This document shows, in pieces, positions 25,309-39,530 of a stretch of DNA of 64,000 nt. Under the pieces are notes generated by a model, which did no database searches, had not been told where the DNA came from, and was given only the letters and a program-made list of their open reading frames with translations. Location: contig OX597815.1 of assembly GCA_951406725.2 (NCBI GenBank), forward strand, positions 97,960,001 through 98,024,000, given 5' to 3'. The position numbers were made by a program, and so were the translations under genes. This DNA is from Octopus vulgaris. Lineage: Eukaryota. Position 1 is the first letter of the stretch. The number at the start of each line of letters is the position of its first letter.

Positions 25309-26217
25309 GGCGGTGAGAAGGCAGAGTTGTTAGCACGCCGCTCAAAATGTTTCAGTGGCATTTCTTCCGGCTTTACGTTCTGTGTTAAAATTCTGGCTGG
25401 AATAATTATTATTGATTTCATTTCAAATTTTGGCACCAGGCCAGCGATTTTAGGTGAGGAGATACGACGGTTACATTGACCCAAGTTCTCAGCTGATAGT
25501 TATTTTATCTATGCCGAAAGGATGAAATGCAAAGTTGACCACGGTGGAATTTGAACTCAGAACGTAGAAAGGGACGAAATCCTGCTAAGCATTTTCCTCA
25601 ACGCGAAAACGATTCTGCCATCTCACCGCCTTAGTATAGATAATTATTATTAAGTTCATTAAATTTCAGTGAGTTAAGAGAAACGTTAGCATATCGTACA
25701 AAAGGCTTAGGAGCATTGCTTCCGGCTCCTCATGTACTGAGTTCAAATACCGCCAAGGTCGAGTTTGCCTGTCATCCTTTCGGAGTCGATAAAATAAAGA
25801 GCCAGCTAAGTACCGGGAGTCGATGCAGTCGACTAACCCACTAACTCTAAAGTTGCTGACCTTGTACTCAAATTAGAAAGAAATACTATTATGTTTCTAT
25901 CATAAAGTCTATCTCTTGAACTGATGATTCAATTGCGCAGTTTTCAGAATAAATCTTACAACATTATTTATGAGAAGTCGATATACAAAATTAATAATAA
26001 TAATTCATCGGCTATAGGCACAAGGCTGGAAATTTCGTGGAGGAGGGGACTAGTTGATTGCATCAACCCCAGAATTTCACCGGTACTTAATTTATCGACC
26101 CCGAAAGGATAAAAGGTAAAGTCGAACTTGGCGGCACTTGAAATCAGAACGTAAAGGCGGATGAAATGCCGCTAAGCATGTGGCCCAACGTGCTAAAGCT
26201 TCTGCGACCTCACCGCG
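25309..26217. mobile_element. Four copies of one SINE family in alternating orientation (+25309-25400, -25425-25630, +25667-25880, -26012-26217)
   Basis: Shared GGCGGTGAG..GGCAGAA..GTTAGCACGCCG..TACGTTCTGAGTTCAAATTCCGCC..CATCCTTTCGGGGTCGATAAA consensus on alternate strands. More diverged copies lie near 860, 14100, 15050, 15480, 28480 and 39950. Confidence 0.85.
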
Positions 26218-26254
26218 TTAATGATAATAATGATGATAATAATAATACTAATAA

Positions 26255-26471
26255 TAAATCTCCAGGAAAGGATAAAATTCCTAACACCTGGTTGAATGTC
26301 TTCCTAGAGATGTCATGTACTGCTAACAAAATTTTACAACAATGTTTTGGGAGGGTGTCATGCTCATTCATACTGGTCTCTTTAATTTTCAGTCATTCAA
26401 TCATGATTTGATGTTTTAAATTCTCTAGTTCAGCTGGGTCAATTTATATGTGACTTTCTTCATCTACTTAC

Positions 26472-26535
<64 letters not shown>

Positions 26536-26555
26536 TGATAATAATAATAGTAGTA

Positions 26556-26606
<51 letters not shown>

Positions 26607-27045
26607 GTAATAATAATAATAAATCTAATGCTGAACAAACCTACCTAAATGGAGAGAGATGCACCCTGAAGTAAGATCCTACATAGATAGTAACAAACTT
26701 GCCAATGTCAGAAGAAACATTATGAAAAAGAAATTACTAACTGAATTACAGATTGACCAAATTAAACAATCAGTACGGGATAAAAGGGAGGAAGTTGTAG
26801 CTAAAGAAGATACTACAGAGGAAATAATTATAGACCAACCCAGGCCTGATGGAAATGCAGTAATGATAGAAAGAGTCAATGTAACTAATAAGCAAAGTTA
26901 AATATTCTCTGAATCAACCACAAACATCAAGGCAGATGAAAATGTAAGTAGATGAAGAAAGTCACATATAAATTGACCCAGGTGAACTAGAAAATCTAAA
27001 ACATCAAATCATGATTGAATGGCTGGAAATTAAAAGAGACCAATA
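26255..27045 (+). mobile_element. Scrambled R4/Dong LINE fragments around an (AAT)n tract
   Basis: KSPGKDKIPNTWLN (pre-RT motif) and SNKLANVRRNIMKKKLLTELQIDQIK (R4-type N-terminal motif). 26374-26473 is an inverted copy of 26942-27042. Confidence 0.7.
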
Positions 27046-28051
27046 AGAAATTAAAGAGACCAGTCGAAATTATCGTCGTGCTGAATAAAGATCCGCATTA
27101 TATCCATCTTCTGTTGCTTTTATCAACTATATATATATATATATATGTTCACACGCACACACACGCACGCGCGCGCACACACACACACAGATTGTTGATG
27201 CCATAAGAAGCATTTATAAACTTTCTAGAGAACCTGAACATTTTTTTTATATTTTAGTACAGTAGATTCCAAATCAACTGAAACTGTAAAATAAACGTGT
27301 AAATACTACGTTGAAAATCTTTTTCTGTTCATAAAACCTTATGTACTTCGAGATACATGTTCCTATATATATTGATTGGAATTCAATTATTTCGCAATGA
27401 CGAATTCAGCATGCTCCCGTGAACTGGAGCAACGTGAAATAGTGTCTTGCTCAAGAACAGAGCACAACAGACAGTCGAGTCTGGGAATCGAATTCAGTAC
27501 CTCGTTATTGTGAGACCGATGCTCTAACCACTGAGCCATGTGCTTTCACGACCCGATTAATACAATTCGAAAAATAATTGTTAATACATCATAGCTTTAG
27601 TATGTATTATACCTTTAGACATGTTGGCGCTTCACCTTCAATGAATTTATACAAAAGTTCATTTGTAATGTATTTCTGAAGAGATTTGTTTTTTTTTTTG
27701 CTTGTTGAGTCATAATTATGATCTATCAAATCTATGATCAAACATTTTGCAGCTTTAAGTCTTTTGTGTTTTGTTTAGCGGATCAGTTTCAAAGACGGTT
27801 CGGTATTGTTTGAGTGCGAACAGGTTACTATCATTTGCAAGTTGATTTACGACATAAAAGTTCCTTCAGTAAGGATATGGGTATCCTTACTGAATCAGTA
27901 GAATATCGAACACTTTATAATATTTTTTTTTGTCTTGTGTTATGTATTTAATGAATGATTGATTTTTAATAAAAAAAAATATGAGCAAGATTAAATCTTT
28001 CTTTTTCTCAGTACGATCTTTTAAAAGTTGTTTAACTTCATTCACAAACAG

Positions 28052-28181
28052 AAAGTTGGCTGCGATAACCATTTGAACTCACGTCAAAAGGTTGATATGT
28101 GTGGAATATGTGGTGGCCAAAACGACACTTGCCGAAAAATTGAAGGAAGGTATGCCGAACGTTTACCAGTTCCACGAGATG
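28052..28181 (+). CDS. ADAMTSL5: ADAMTSL exon: end of cysteine-rich domain / start of spacer (KVGCDNHLNSRQKVDMCGICGGQNDTCRKIEGRYAERLPVPRD)
   Basis: Acceptor acaaacag|AAA, donor GATG|gtaagg; 130 nt, phase 0 to 1. Contains the VGCD...D-x-CG-x-CGG-xxx-C hallmark. Confidence 0.95.
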
Positions 28182-29279
28182 GTAAGGTCTTTATGTATCC
28201 ATATACTTTTTTTTATTATTAGCTGTAACGTACCGTTAACAAAATCAGTCCGTCCACGCTAATAATTTACCGTGGTTTCTTTAGACGGTTTTTGATAGAT
28301 GCAAATCAAAAGAGATTGTTACATTCTTGTTTAAGTCTCTTCCACTTCTTAAAGAGTGTTACTGCGATTGGTTTTTAAAAAGTTTTCACAGCGCAGCATG
28401 GTCTATTCAACGAGAAAAGGAAAAGAAAACACAAATGAATTTCAGTATATAACTGGTCCTTTATCTTATGAGCTCGGAAGGATTAAAGGTGAAGCTGACC
28501 GCGGCAGTACTTGAATTTAGAACGCAAAATTCTGGAACACTAATCCCGAGAGATTTCTACTCTGCTCTAATGATTCTGATAATGGACCACTCACGCATAA
28601 TTCTGACTATGATATATAGTTGTTCCTTACGTGTGTTAGGTACTGGGGCAGTTATATGCAGAAGCTGTAGAGCACCGGATAAATGAATTACAATATTTAT
28701 AATATTTAGTCTACCAACTCTTTACAATCTATATTCAGATATCACCCTGGTGGTCTTCATCTCTCATTTGTCCAGGTTTGATATAATGACTACAAGTGAA
28801 TTATTGAACGTTTCTTGTCGAACAACCGAACTCTTACTCGGAATATTAACGTTTAAATGGCTGAGTATTCTCAGATCGAATCTACGTGACACTCAGCTAC
28901 GAGGTTGGGTCCTTGAATTACTTGTACTCTACAGAAATAAAAATGAATCAATTTCAATACAGGATTGGTAATCATTTATCACTGAAAGGGTGAAACACGA
29001 TGATGACCTCAACTAAATTTGAATTCAGTGTGCAGAAAGTTGAACAATAACCGCCTCTACTCGAGATGCTAATGGCGCTGTCAGTTTGGTGCTTCCCGTT
29101 AAATAGATCTTATACCAATTCTGTCTGAATTAGAAACAAAATTTATGTATTAATTTAATTTATCATTTACATGTGTGTTTAGGTATGCGTGTATGTACTC
29201 ACAAAATACAGAAAAAATCGAATGTTTTATAATTTCGCTTGCTATGACAAATTTCTGGTTTTGATACCATTTTCACTTC

Positions 29280-29707
29280 ACCTTGTGCAAAGTGAATAAT
29301 TCATGGTAGACAGAATCTATGTTGAAATTATTCGGATGGACTACAACTGTTATCCCCATTTGCATTGACCTTGTTTCATGATTACGATAAGGGTATCTAT
29401 ATCCGTGGAATGATGGTCGTCTCTCGTAGTCCGAGAAAGACAGTTCTGCAATTTCTTGCTGAACAACCTGGACAGATCATTTGTTTATAATCATCAAACG
29501 TTAGTGCGATACGTTATTTCACTGTCTCCCTTTAATTGACGTTGTTTCAATAGGGACACGGTGTACCACATATCAGCTGTCGAAATGAGCAACGTCAAAT
29601 GAAGTGTCTTACTCATAGATCACAACGCACTACCCGATCAAGGAATCAAAACTACGAACATGTGATTGTCAGTACAACACCCAAACCGCTTGGCCACGCG
29701 CCCTCAC
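29280..29707 (-). mobile_element. Diverged tRNA-derived SINE
   Basis: Minus strand GGCGCGTGGCCAAGCGGTTTGGG..TTTTGATTCC head followed by the AAGACACTTCATTTGACGTTGCTC core also seen at 27415-27550 and 42508-42822. Confidence 0.7.
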
Positions 29708-30935
29708 TGCCACTGGAATGCTCATCCGCTTACATGATAATCAAATAAGTAGTTCTATTTATCGATCAACCTCAGCCCATACCGTCGAAATCGATACGAG
29801 TTTCACTGATAAATCTCAATATTTTAGAGAGATGAGGAAAAGAGAAATGACCGTGTTTGAACCAGAGCCAGAATTACTAACGAAGTAAATGAAGTAGAAT
29901 TAATTAAACTTTACGCTGGAGAGCAACTAGCTAAATGTCGTAGTTGATCAAGTTAGCTTTGATCAAGCAGATCTCTCATCAAAGGTGTTCAACCTGTAAT
30001 CAGAATGCCTTTCATTTCTTTTCCTGGCGATATGTATACTTTATCTAAGTCTACATTATTTAATTACTTCCGTATGGTGTCACGTTCGGAAGACTTGGTT
30101 GCTATTTCTGGCATTTAGAGGCTCACTTGAGGTCATACGGCTTCTCTGTTTTTATACAGTGCTTGTCTACTGTTGACATCTATTTTATACTATTCAAGAC
30201 TGGCGTCTATCATTTAAATCGCTGGTGTCGACCATTTATAACTCCTACTATGGAGAACATAGAAATGAAATATGTGATATTCACACATTTCTCAAGAGCG
30301 TTAGTGACGTACATTGAGTGAAATAGTTTCATCCGGAGAGGAAATCCATCGTGAGACCTGCATTCATTAACAACATACCTTACGTAGCACAAGTAATATA
30401 TCTCCTAATATGAAGTAGTCAACTACTATGAAGTAGTCAACACAACGTACTTACCAAATAAGGTATGTGTGTGTGCGTGTGTGTATGTCTCCATGTGTGC
30501 GTGTGTTAATGTGTGTGGGTGTGTGGATGTGAGTGTTTGTGCGTGTAGAGGCATGTGCGCGTGTGTGTATACACACATATATATTGTACATTTATATCTA
30601 TATATTTGTATGTATGCATGTATGTGTGTATCTGGTTATCTATCTATCTATTTATCTATCTGTCTGTCTATCTACCTATATGTGTGTGCATGTGTGTTTG
30701 TGTAATCATACACGCACGCTACACATGCATAACACATATATCATATATAGACATATATATATATACATATATATACATATATATACATACATACATACAT
30801 ACATACATACATACATACATACATACATACATACATACATACATACAACTATGCATACATATCAGCCTAAGCTATATGTTATTTAGTATTTCTTTATTTT
30901 CTGACGTTTTCATGTCTTTCTCGTTTACCCTTCAG

Positions 30936-31019
30936 ATAACAATGGTTACAATGAAATGTTTGAATTACCAGCTGGTGCCACTGAACTTTCAGTTGAAGAG
31001 ACAAGCCGAAATTTCTTAG
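30936..31019 (+). CDS. ADAMTSL5: ADAMTSL exon: spacer domain (DNNGYNEMFELPAGATELSVEETSRNFL)
   Basis: Acceptor tttacccttcag|AT, donor TTAG|gtacca; 84 nt, phase 1 to 1. GY...PAGA...N-F-L(AL) spacer motif. Confidence 0.93.
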   Translation: MTMVTMKCLNYQLVPLNFQLKRQAEIS

Positions 31020-32306
31020 GTACCACGCAATGTTTTTCACTGTTCGTCTCTTTTTCTTCTTTTTTCATTTTTTTTCCTTCTTTTTTTTTCATTTTTTTTT
31101 CTTCTCTTACATACAAAATATTACATTTTTCTATATCTGAAATACCAAGATTTGATAATTTAAATTTATCATATAATATCTGGCTTCAACTCCTTATATT
31201 AAAAGCTTGGCTATTATTTTTTACGCGCATTTTCTCTCAAACCCGCCTCTCTTTCTTCCTCTCTCTCTCTCCCTATCTCTCTTCACATACACATAAGTAT
31301 ATCTGTATGTATGTTTGCATGTTTGTACGTATGTGTGTATACATATGCACACGCATATGCGACATTATCTCAACTGAATATTTATGCGTACATGTACATG
31401 TGCATAAATGGATTCGCTGTCGATCTCGACGATTTTCGTATATGTAATAGTGTGTGTATTTACACACACACGCACACACACACACACATGTAAAAACATC
31501 ATACTTACAGATACTCACGCATGTATCTATAGATGTGCATATATGTATGTGTTTGTGTTTGTGGGGGAATGGGTGTGCGTGAGCTAGTGCGCAATTCAAT
31601 CATGTATTTATCGCATAAGCGATCTTCGAGTTTAATTTTTTTCTATTATTACTTCTTTCTATTTCCTTATTAATCCTTCATGTTTAGTGTAGAACAATGC
31701 TATTTCTAAATATATTAACTCATTAACAATTCAAGACCCAGCTCAACTTCAACACGAAACCTTGGAAATAATGGCACACAGTTTACTCTTTTTGCTGTAT
31801 ATCACAAATACTCAAGAGAATATTTGCATCCAATATAATCTCCAACGCTGGATTGAAAACTTATACAACGTATAAGTCATGGGAGATATCAAGAAATATT
31901 TTATTTGCAATGTCTCTAAGTGATATATCCTGGTTTATATTTTCTTATTACTAAAGATAGGTTATTCATATTATTTTGGAGGAATTCTGTATGAAACTTC
32001 AACGCTGTCAACTGAAGTTTTAATGTAATTTAATCTTGTGTACAGTGTTATATTAAGTTGCAAAGGTTTTGCGAAGAAAATACATGATCAGCCGGCAAGA
32101 AAGTATCGGATTTGTGCTAGATGTAAAAATGGTTTGAGTCACGGAGTTTACAATATGCATCTTTACATTGAAATTTACATATTAAATTTGTAGTTTGGGG
32201 CACAGTGTGTAGTACGTTTATCGTTTCTGTAATATATGATGTTACACTGTAGGTATGAGTTTGTGGACAGAAGTATTATGTGTTGTGTCCTAAGTATGCG
32301 TGTGTG

Positions 32307-32356
<50 letters not shown>

Positions 32357-32362
32357 ACTATC

Positions 32363-32404
<42 letters not shown>

Positions 32405-32487
32405 TATATATATATACATATATATATATATGTATGTATACACACATATATATACATAAATGTACATGTGTGTCTACATAGACAGAC

Positions 32488-32551
<64 letters not shown>

Positions 32552-32672
32552 TGTTAGACAGACAGACAGATCGACAGACAGTCTCTTGAAGCCCGTATGC
32601 ATACGTAGAGATCAAAGAGTAAAAGTTTGTAGGCACTTATGCGCTATTTATGAAATAAGGTTATTATTTATA

Positions 32673-35600
32673 TAGGGCACTCATTGCCAATAACGTGCCA
32701 TTTACTTTTTGTTTGGCACTCACGAAATTTTAGCATTTTTTCTTTTCTTTACTTTTTTTGTTTTTGAAGGTTTACTTTGGCCATATTGTTTATCATCGGG
32801 GATGTTTTTGACAGCAAATAAGAGCCATTTTTTATATTTTTGCTGAGGTTGAATTATTCTGTGTCGTTGTGGTTGAATTATTAGATGTGTCATTGATATC
32901 AACCATTTTGTGATGTGGTTCTTTGAGAAGTTAATGTGATTGATTCTCTCGGATTGTTTAGATGTTGTTGTTCTTCTTCTCTTGTTGTTCTTCTCGACTA
33001 GCAAGAACGACAAAATCTGATACTATCTCTTTATGTCAGTTTTAAATACAACAACACAAAAACACAAAAATATTTTTAATTGCATAAAAAATAACTTTGA
33101 TGATACACAAGAACGAGCGCAGCAGAGCGCAAAAATATCTCCCACAGCCAGCAAATGAAGTAATGCCAGCTATAGTTCGACAAAGTGGAAGACGGTACGC
33201 TATAATCAAAAAGAATTCATCGTTCTTATTTATCAGTGAATGAACTAATTAAAACTAATTAAATATTATTGAAGATTGAAATGTTTTAGATCAGCAACTT
33301 TATTTTATACTAATTTTAATCAATAAAGTTAATGCCATCATAATCTAAATTAGCAAGTTATAAACGACTTAAATCTGTAGTAGGATAAAATCTTCCTCAA
33401 AAAGATTAAAATGATTGACAAGTGGTCATTTATTTCCTAATAGCTAGTATAAACCTCACTGGAACGTTAGAACAAGAAATGGTGGACTTTAGAATTGACA
33501 CACAAAAAGCGAAAGTGTCTTAATTTGAAGACTTCCATTTGTGAATGCCTTCATTGTTGAACGCTGTAATTTTTATTGTTGCTTTTTTTTTGTAGTGAAT
33601 GGTGAGATAATTTTTGCAACAAATATGTATACACGTTAATGTGTTAAAGTATGCCTCTCAATTGCATGTTGATAGCGAATAATATTAGTCATAATGGTCT
33701 CGTTGAATTTCCATTAAAAGAGAGGAGTAGTAGTCAAGCTAATGAAACGAAACACTTGAATAAATAAAGGGACATCGGTTTGATTTTCGTCCACAGCAGC
33801 ATTGTTGAAAAACATTTAAGTGGGAAATATTTTCAAGTAAAATATCAATGTGTAATATACGAGGAAAATATTGAATAGTGTAATTGTTGTGGCTTTTATT
33901 TATTTATAAGTATTTGTCAACTTCCATGTAGTCAAGATTCGTTCCACTATTAAAATTAATTATGCCATGTAATCAAATATTTTCAGACCAGTAAAAAATA
34001 AATCCTCAAATTATTTCATAGTGCGTTCATTGTAGCTTGGAGATGTTTATCTAGACCTTCATTAAGATAACAAGTGTTTATTTGAATATTGATATTTCAG
34101 TTCGCAACAGGAAAATTTTAAAATGAAAGTGTCGTTAATAATGATGTAAATATTTGTAATCTGGAGTTATCTCGCCCAATGAACAGTTCGAAAAGTGCTT
34201 AAGATTCGAATAAAGTTTCTCTCAAGCGAAGAAGTAAAAACTGGAAGAATAGTTGTTGAAGGAAGTAACAAATGGTTTGAATAAGTGAATTGGGATTGCT
34301 GTCTTTCTTATTTATTGTTTATGCGCCCTGGTAAAATTAATATAGCCATACTAATTCAGCTATAGATGAATATAAAAACAGAATTTACGAAGTGACTCAT
34401 GACATTAAAAAACAATTCTGGTAATTTGGAAACTACAGAATTTTCATCTAGCTGAAACAAATTTACGTGACAATGAATTTTGATATTAGCCTGCTTGCAT
34501 TATTCAGATACCTGCTAAGAAGTTTTAGAAGAGTCTCTAATTACAAAGCAATGGTAAATTAATACAAAAGTTTCTGCACTTGATAGAGCAATTACAGATT
34601 AAACACCTTGTTAATAAGTAATTAACACTTCGTTAGTACTAAGATATTCGCTTCACAAATTTTAATGCATGGGCAACTGCTGAAGCAATAACTATGAGTT
34701 ATCGCCACCTTGAATTTATACCACATTTAAAACAAGTGGTTCTAGATAAATGAGTTCCATTGCTTTGCTCATCACTGAATTGCATGACGTCTCATGCTGC
34801 TGACTACATTAAGTTTTTCACAGCGTTATTAAATCTGTGAATAATGTAAAAGCTTGTTCATCGTATTGTCTTTTTTTACGTAAAATTAGCATGGAAATTT
34901 ACAAGAATTTGAACATTCGCTACTAGATAACGACATACCACTCCTTTCTGGGAGAAATTGTCAGCAACGACTCTAGGATCACTGCAGGGCTATTTTTTTA
35001 ATTAAGTTATGAGGTGAGAAACTACACAATGAGCTAGAAAGCCAAAGGGTTGATATCGCTTATCATTTTGGCATCTTCAACAAATAAAATGAGATGAACA
35101 TCAAGTTTTAGAGACGAAATATGAACCTTATTAAATAATGCAAAGTAATTACAATTTTTTTTTTATCTGTAAAATTACATTTACAAAAATAGCCTTGCGA
35201 GAGAGGAAACTTTCAGCAGTTATCGCGTATATAAATAATAAAAGAAGAGAATAATAGCGATAGGATATTAAATACAGATTTCATGTGTTACTTTCTCCTA
35301 CTTCACTCTCTAAAAAATGATATGAAGATAAGATTATAAAACTCTCATGAATTGAATATACCTGAGTTGGCCATAAATTCGTTTCCTTTCAATGTACATT
35401 TTACTCATTCAAAACTTACCTGAAGACTAATAAGACATAGAGAATAATTCTGAAACTCGGTTTCAGTAAAGCGGTTAAAGGTGCAGAATAAGCATCCAAA
35501 GTTTTTATATAAAATTAAATTGCTTTTACCCTCTATTTTCTAACCGATGGAAATTCAGCGTCGTATAGCAATCGCTAACTACGTAGTGAAATAGACTGCA

Positions 35601-36316
35601 AAATCCTTGACAGAAGAAACTCGAGACATTGTTTACCAGACACTGAATCCGATATTAAACAGTTAGTTGCTATTATAACATAAAATATTTTTTTTTGTTT
35701 TTGTTTTTTAATGGATTAAATTTCCTCGTTTTATTTTCTAATCAGTTCAGTTCATATTCATTTTTGAAAACCAATTTTGCATTTCAGTTACTAAAATTTT
35801 AATTACCTTTAAGTGTAAATATGTAGATAATAATGACTTTGAAGTTGCAAACAGTCCATTATATTTCTATAATTATTGAGCCAAATTTATTGCCAAATTT
35901 ATTGGACACAGTTTATCAGCATTTATATAAAGTTGAAAGAAAGTTCTAAAGAAAACAGATTAATAGCCTCTGTCTTACAGAGAATAATCAACTCAATTCA
36001 TTCTCAAAGCATAGGATCGTTGTACTCGACAATGCTAATGTTTTCTGGAACAACAACGCTCTACAAAATGCATATAGTCCACAACCCATCGAAACGCAGA
36101 GTAATGCTGCCGTTGCAGAATGAATGATACCGCTTATACTCTTACACGTGGCCTATCAACCAGATGCCAAGGCCTAGGAACATTCTGTGCTCAACTGTCA
36201 AAATTTGAAATATACCACCAGAAATAATCACCTTGAAACCTTTTCAGTCGGTGAGATATAAATATTCAAAAGCCGAGTGTACAGACACTTCTTTCATCGT
36301 GATTGAAGTGACCCTG
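32673..36316 (+). mobile_element. Ancient, heavily decayed hAT (Buster/Charlie-like) DNA transposon
   Basis: Microsatellite-free 3.6 kb with ordered transposase relics on +: FHCFAH (~34755, CxxH motif), IKSVNNVKA (~34830), IFNK.NEMN (~35075), SKRRVML (~36090). Possible degenerate TIRs (AGGGCACT / AGTGACCCTG); TSD not recoverable. Confidence 0.55.
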
Positions 36317-36352
36317 TGATTAGTGAGTTAGAAATCTATAGTTCCACGTACA

Positions 36353-36396
<44 letters not shown>

Positions 36397-37364
36397 TACA
36401 CACAAACTTATATATACGCATATGCACATAAACTCATGTGTGCATCATACATACACGCCTATACATTTATGTGCGTGTGTGTGTGTGTGTGTGTCAGTGT
36501 GTGTGCACTAATAATGTTATACACGTATAACATCAACAATTATAAGCACCAGAGAGAAACCTGAAATAATGGTGATTTATGGATGAAGTCCCTTGTTACA
36601 ACTGTTTATCATCTAGTACATTTAATTACGGACCGTCACTTATCAATCGCACCGTCAGAAATGAAGTGAACCTGTGATTCCCCAATTGAAAACCTGCAAC
36701 CAAAGACGCTTTGAAGATTTGTGAAATAAAATAAAGTCAGTGTCTGAAACACGCTGTACACATTTTAGCGTCATTCTCACCACGACTTCACACATCTTCT
36801 ATATATGAAAATATTAGTTCTTTGTCTGTTTTAAATAATTTTAGGTCTCCTTTACACGTTGGAGTGATTGCGTGTCCCTTCTGTTATCTAAGAAATTACT
36901 GAAGTTCGGAAGACCACATTTTCTTTATCGATGACTTCTATGGAAAATTTAAAACAAAATTCTTTTTTTTATTTTTATTTCTTCCTTTCTTTATATTTTC
37001 CGAAATTTTGTTTTAGTAAGTTATTTGGATTTACGCCAGACGAGGTATGAGTTATAGGAATAACAAAGTCTGTTACACAAAAAGCGAAATCAATAGAAAT
37101 TTATTCACATATATGGCTACATAACAGCAATACAATTTCTTTCAATTAAGGTAGTTATCATAGCAGTGCAAAACATATTCAAATAGAGGTAGATAAGAGC
37201 CAGTAGTACAAAATTTTCAATACTTCACTTCACATATAGGCTGCGTTGTTTAGAAGTAGTTCTCTCCGCAACCAATCAACCCACGTGCTTTTGTGTTGGT
37301 CTTGCACTGCGTGTTGATGCTGCACCTCCCATACACATGCACACCTATATAGATACAAACAAAT

Positions 37365-37470
37365 AAAAATACACTGTTGTTGATGTTGAAATTCCAATGA
37401 AGGAACGTTGGACCTAGGTTAGAAACCGGTTCTTTCTCTATTGGGAAAAAACTTGAAATAAACTGAATAA
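37365..37470 (+). mobile_element. Short dispersed repeat, probable Penelope-like 3' tail
   Basis: TTCCAATGAAGG..GGTTAGAAACCGGTTC..AATAAA next to a TA microsatellite; family assignment from recall. Confidence 0.4.
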
Positions 37471-37490
37471 TGACATACATACGCACGCAC

Positions 37491-37540
<50 letters not shown>

Positions 37541-38927
37541 GTAGTCATTTCAGATAAACAAACAATTCAAATAGATGAATAAAAAGAGGGGGAAAAAACG
37601 AGCGTGAGGAAGTGCACAAAAAAAGTCCAAAGATGGTAGTTGCATTGCTGAAGTATATGTGAGGTGAGGGAGGTGAGGGATAAAAATCGGTGAACGTCCG
37701 TTTATGTCTCGTACAAATTGGACAAATAAATCTAATAAAATAAGAATGAAGCAATATTAAATAAATGCTGACATCGATATGATCAAGTAAACCCTTGAAA
37801 ATATTGCTACAGTATGGTTGCAGTCCAGAGTGGGGAGCCATTGAACGAATATAAGAACTGTGTAGATAAGCATATTAGTTCTATAGCGTACATCTAAATG
37901 CAGGCCATTTACATATATGCATAATATCACTTATGACAAATTAGTGCCAAATTGTCAAATACTGACCACATGTGAAGAGATGACAAAATAAAAAAAATGC
38001 TCTAATGCTGGAAAAATGCCACCTTGATATTCTCCTTGGCATTTATCCCATTGTGAACTCTGAATGTGAGATGAAAATATTTAGTTTTGACCATCCCATG
38101 CAACTACTTATACCTATTGTATATAAACGAATAAAATTAAAGATTTCAAACACTTAGGCCTATGTATTAAGAATAAGTTCGACACATACCTGCTGGTATG
38201 GTAGGGTCAACCGTGGCCGAATAGATGTGTGATGAAAGGCATTCGAGGCGTGACCATTCCGTCGTTTTTATTATTGAGATATAGAGCATCGAAGACTAGA
38301 GTGTAAAATCTATCCTTTGTTATTAAGACAGTATGATAGGATTTGAGGAGTTCTGCTAATTCTAGTCGTTCAAAAAACCAAGAGGAGACATCGTTATTTA
38401 CTTCAGTTTTACTTAATGTTTGTTAATCTTGGATCAGATGTATTGTTGCTTGGCCCCGGGTCAACTCAAATTGAGCAGGCTTATGATCAAAAGCTTTCCA
38501 GCAATGCCATTCCGTACTTTTTCTGGTAGAGTCTATTTAGTAGAACATTATCCACGTGAAGTATAGCTCACTTGGAGTCAAATATTTTTCGTCGTTGTTG
38601 TTGCTTAGCCCTAGTTTGTCCTTATCAAGGAAATCTATGGCCTGAACAAGACTTTCCAAGCATTATTATCGTGTCTTCTTATAAGTCAGGGACAAATATC
38701 TCCAATGTATCATCCTTATTCAAAATAAATAGAATGTGATTTGAGGGAAACTTGGATACTTTTCTAGCAAGTCAAACTATTAGGTCCTTCGAAACCACAG
38801 TCAAATATATAAATATGTAAAGGAAATGGGAACTGAGTGCGTGCCATATATAACGTTAATTGTTAATCCTTTGCAGTATTCTTATATTTTTCTTCTGATC
38901 TTTTCTTCTACAATATATACATTAAAG

Positions 38928-39091
38928 CTTTGATGTCGGCAAACAAGACGTTTGAATTGAATGGAAACTATAACGTAGAATCTTCAGGAAGGAAAAATAT
39001 TGCTGGAACAGAACTATTTTACGAACGTGATGGAAACAAGAACGAATCACTTCGAATAGTCGGTCCAACAAAGGAAAAAATCTATGTATTG
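38928..39091 (+). CDS. ADAMTSL5: ADAMTSL exon: spacer domain (ALMSANKTFELNGNYNVESSGRKNIAGTELFYERDGNKNESLRIVGPTKEKIYVL)
   Basis: Acceptor attaaag|CT after a pyrimidine tract, donor TTG|gtaagg; 164 nt, phase 1 to 0. Contains LNG, AGT..Y.R and E.L...GPT spacer motifs. Confidence 0.93.
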
Positions 39092-39484
39092 GTAAGGTTG
39101 CAATTAGAATTATTATATACCTCTTTATATCTTGCATGTCGTTGTGTAGTTAGCCTGGAAAATGGAACGGAAACAGCGATGAATATCACGTTGAGTTCTA
39201 TGAAAATTGTACAAACAGTTAAACCATTCACACAAACACACAGACAAACACACCCATACATAGAAACACACATGCACATACATACACACATGTGCAAACG
39301 CTCATATAATATTTATATGTATATAAATTTATATGAATACATCCACACACACAGATACCTATACATACATGCACAAGCGCAATAAATATATGCATATACC
39401 TTTACTTATAAATGAATACACATATATATATATTAATGTATGTATGTATATTTATATGTGTATATACATATATATATATGCATG

Positions 39485-39530
<46 letters not shown>

